The translations under genes and the position numbers were made by a program. From assembly GCA_963754875.1 (NCBI GenBank), contig CAVWHO010000016.1:584586-648585 (forward strand): 64,000 nt of DNA, in the 5' to 3' direction. The notes below the pieces were generated by a model, which saw nothing but the letters and a program-made list of their open reading frames with translations, did no database searches and had not been told where the DNA came from. This document shows positions 62,165 through 64,000 of the stretch, piece by piece. The DNA is from Nitrospirota bacterium. GTDB lineage: Bacteria > Nitrospirota > UBA9217. The stretch's first letter is position 1; each line of letters opens with the position of its first letter.

Positions 62165-62544
62165 CCACAGCACGGCATTGATCTGCGGACGAGGCTGCCG
62201 GATTCCCCAGTGCGCATCAACCTCCCGTTCTGCGCGCTCCAAGCATCGGTGTTGTTCAGAATAAGCTGACACAGGTGATAACTTTCGAAATCGAGTTCCG
62301 TGATTCGACAACCACGTGCCCCGGTGCGGAGCGGATCATCCTCCCTCGGCATCGATGGCCACATGATGTTCCGACATACTAAGGTTGATTTGAACCAGGC
62401 ATGGGGTACCCGCGAGGAGACGACCTGCTCAAGAGACATTCGGAGCCCCTTCAGGCTGGCCTGTTCTCGATCGGATTGGTTGCCGGCATGGATTGCAACC
62501 TCGGCATTGAAAGGTAACTCTCTTGGAGTTTCTTTTTCTTCCAT
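62165..62544 (-). pseudogene. PilZ-domain protein with multiple indels
   Basis: Stitched across frames: MEEKRNSKRVTF (RxxxR)...SLKGLRM...TPCLVQINL...IDAEG...TELDFESY..LCQLILNN...ERAEREVDAH. The 3' end is uncertain. Confidence 0.55.
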
Positions 62545-62840
62545 CTCAGGCCATACCCGTATCCTTTTATCTGCCAATACCGCCTTACTGCAATCTCGTC
62601 CCAAGAAGGGAAGAGCCCCCCCGGGTATCCGTGCTGCTGGGAAGCTCGGGAAGTATAAGTATGTTCTCCTGCCTTCTCTCAAGCGGATATTGCGTGATCC
62701 GGCAGCTTAAGTAAAATATAACAGCTGCGCTTCCAAACCGCCAATGTCATGCTTTTTTCAGCCTGGATGTCCAGGTCGGCTCATTTTTCTGCCGGAACCT
62801 CGATCCGCGGGCCGGAAAACATGCAAGCATCTGGTTTTGT

Positions 62841-62870
62841 TTGACATATCTCCGGGTTTCTGGTAAAAAT
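62841..62870 (+). promoter_or_regulatory. sigma70 promoter of the cyclophilin gene
   Basis: TTGACA, 17 bp, TAAAAAT. Confidence 0.5.
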
Positions 62871-62927
62871 GTATATCTTGCTTTCACAGGCAAAATTTCG
62901 GTTTTTCCCACAGGAGGTCAGGATCAC

Positions 62928-63527
62928 ATGAGAAAGGTGCTTATCGTTCTTATCCTGCTATCGATCGGGATATTTGGCGCTCTGCCATCATCGGCACAAA
63001 AGTCACCGAAAAAATTTACTAAACAGGAGATCAAGAAAATGTCGGAAACGACCGCGATTATTGAAACGAAGTTCGGCAATATAACGCTGAAATTCTTCCC
63101 CGATGTAGCGCCGGGGCATGTGAAGAATTTCATCGACCTCGCCAAGAAGGGTTTTTATGACGGCACGACGTTCCACCGCGTGATCCCCGGTTTCATGATC
63201 CAGGGCGGGGACCCGAATTCGAAGAACCCGGACAAGCGGACGCACGGCCAGGGCGGACCGGGCTATACGATCAAGGCCGAATTCAGCGACCGCCCGCATA
63301 AACGCGGCACTCTTTCGATGGCGCGGGCCCAGAGCCCCGATAGCGCAGGCTCACAGTTCTTTATCTGCGTGAAGGACTCCCCGTTCCTGAACAAACAATA
63401 CACGGTGTTCGGCGAGGTGGTGAGCGGCATGGATGCCGTAGATAAGATCGTGTCCCAGCCCCGCGACGCAAACGACAACCCGAATGATCGCATAGAGATG
63501 AAGGTAAAAATCGTAGAAGGAAAATAA
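62928..63527 (+). CDS. Exported cyclophilin-type peptidyl-prolyl isomerase
   Basis: Signal peptide, FYDGTTFHRVIPGFMIQGGDP, SMAR, AGSQFFI, YTVFGEV. Confidence 0.95.
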   Translation: MRKVLIVLILLSIGIFGALPSSAQKSPKKFTKQEIKKMSETTAIIETKFGNITLKFFPDVAPGHVKNFIDLAKKGFYDGTTFHRVIPGFMIQGGDPNSKNPDKRTHGQGGPGYTIKAEFSDRPHKRGTLSMARAQSPDSAGSQFFICVKDSPFLNKQYTVFGEVVSGMDAVDKIVSQPRDANDNPNDRIEMKVKIVEGK

Positions 63528-63658
63528 TGGGGTCGAGCAGCAAGCGCCCACAATCATAGGGTTGGCTTCACGCGTCCAGTGACGACTGATAACATTAAGA
63601 TCAAACCAATCAGTGCTATTTGATTTTTTCACGGAGAATATTTGTTGATCTACCGAGT

Positions 63659-63973
63659 CTATGGCTTGTCTACTATTTCCCATACATACTCAAACGACGT
63701 AACTGGCGTACCCATTGAAACCTTGCGCCGCGTTTTTCCCGCGTCATATTCACAGTGCATCCCATTGCCAAAATCGGTGGTACTCGTGTCTAGCGCGGCG
63801 GGTTTATATACCGTCGTATCGGTAGTTTCTTCGGTGCCATCAGTTTTGATTTTGCGGCAGGTAAGGGTTGCATCGGCGATTGCAGTGATGCGGAAGGTGG
63901 CGACTTCGCCGCCGCCCGCCACTTCCTGATACGTGCCGTCGTCGCGTAAGGAACTTATTCGCAGGCGTGGCAA
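63659..63973 (-). CDS. Hypothetical protein, possibly continuing to ~63540 after a frameshift
   Basis: Thr-rich, beta-strand-like ORF with no recognisable motif. Confidence 0.35.
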   Translation of the reverse strand: MPRLRISSLRDDGTYQEVAGGGEVATFRITAIADATLTCRKIKTDGTEETTDTTVYKPAALDTSTTDFGNGMHCEYDAGKTRRKVSMGTPVTSFEYVWEIVDKP

Positions 63974-64000
63974 CCTTCAGGAACAACGGGTTGAGCGCGC

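Overview
A bacterial chromosomal segment from a Gram-negative organism, probably an anaerobe (lpxC, sigma54 promoters, hgcAB). A Nitrospirota/Deltaproteobacteria-like lineage is inferred from gene content only. About a dozen otherwise intact genes carry single-base indels, mostly in homopolymers, which suggests an unpolished long-read assembly. The first ~17 kb is accessory. It holds an attenuator-like leader before a methyltransferase-leuA-EamA-chorismate mutase/GNAT-aminotransferase-isochorismatase run, an ECF sigma factor with a Cys-rich tail among four DUF3795-like Cys-rich paralogs, and a complete mercury-methylation locus (hgcC-hgcA-hgcB) with a tandem-repeat candidate operator. The rest is mostly housekeeping: an orphan parC-like gene, oppDF, lpxC, ilvE-like/deoC, acetate-CoA genes, tRNA-Val/tRNA-Asp, pepF, csp, tpx, mreBCD-mrdA-rodA, a radical SAM gene, rng, two diguanylate cyclases, panC, a ferritin-like gene and a cyclophilin. 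Two non-annotated signals stand out. One is a small GIY-YIG nuclease bracketed by tRNA-Asp mimics whose anticodon arm is replaced by a conserved TCCCGAC-NN-GTYGGGA hairpin, a candidate tRNA-associated mobile element. The other is a 141-bp IS200/IS605-type palindromic miniature element that splits a lipoprotein gene.
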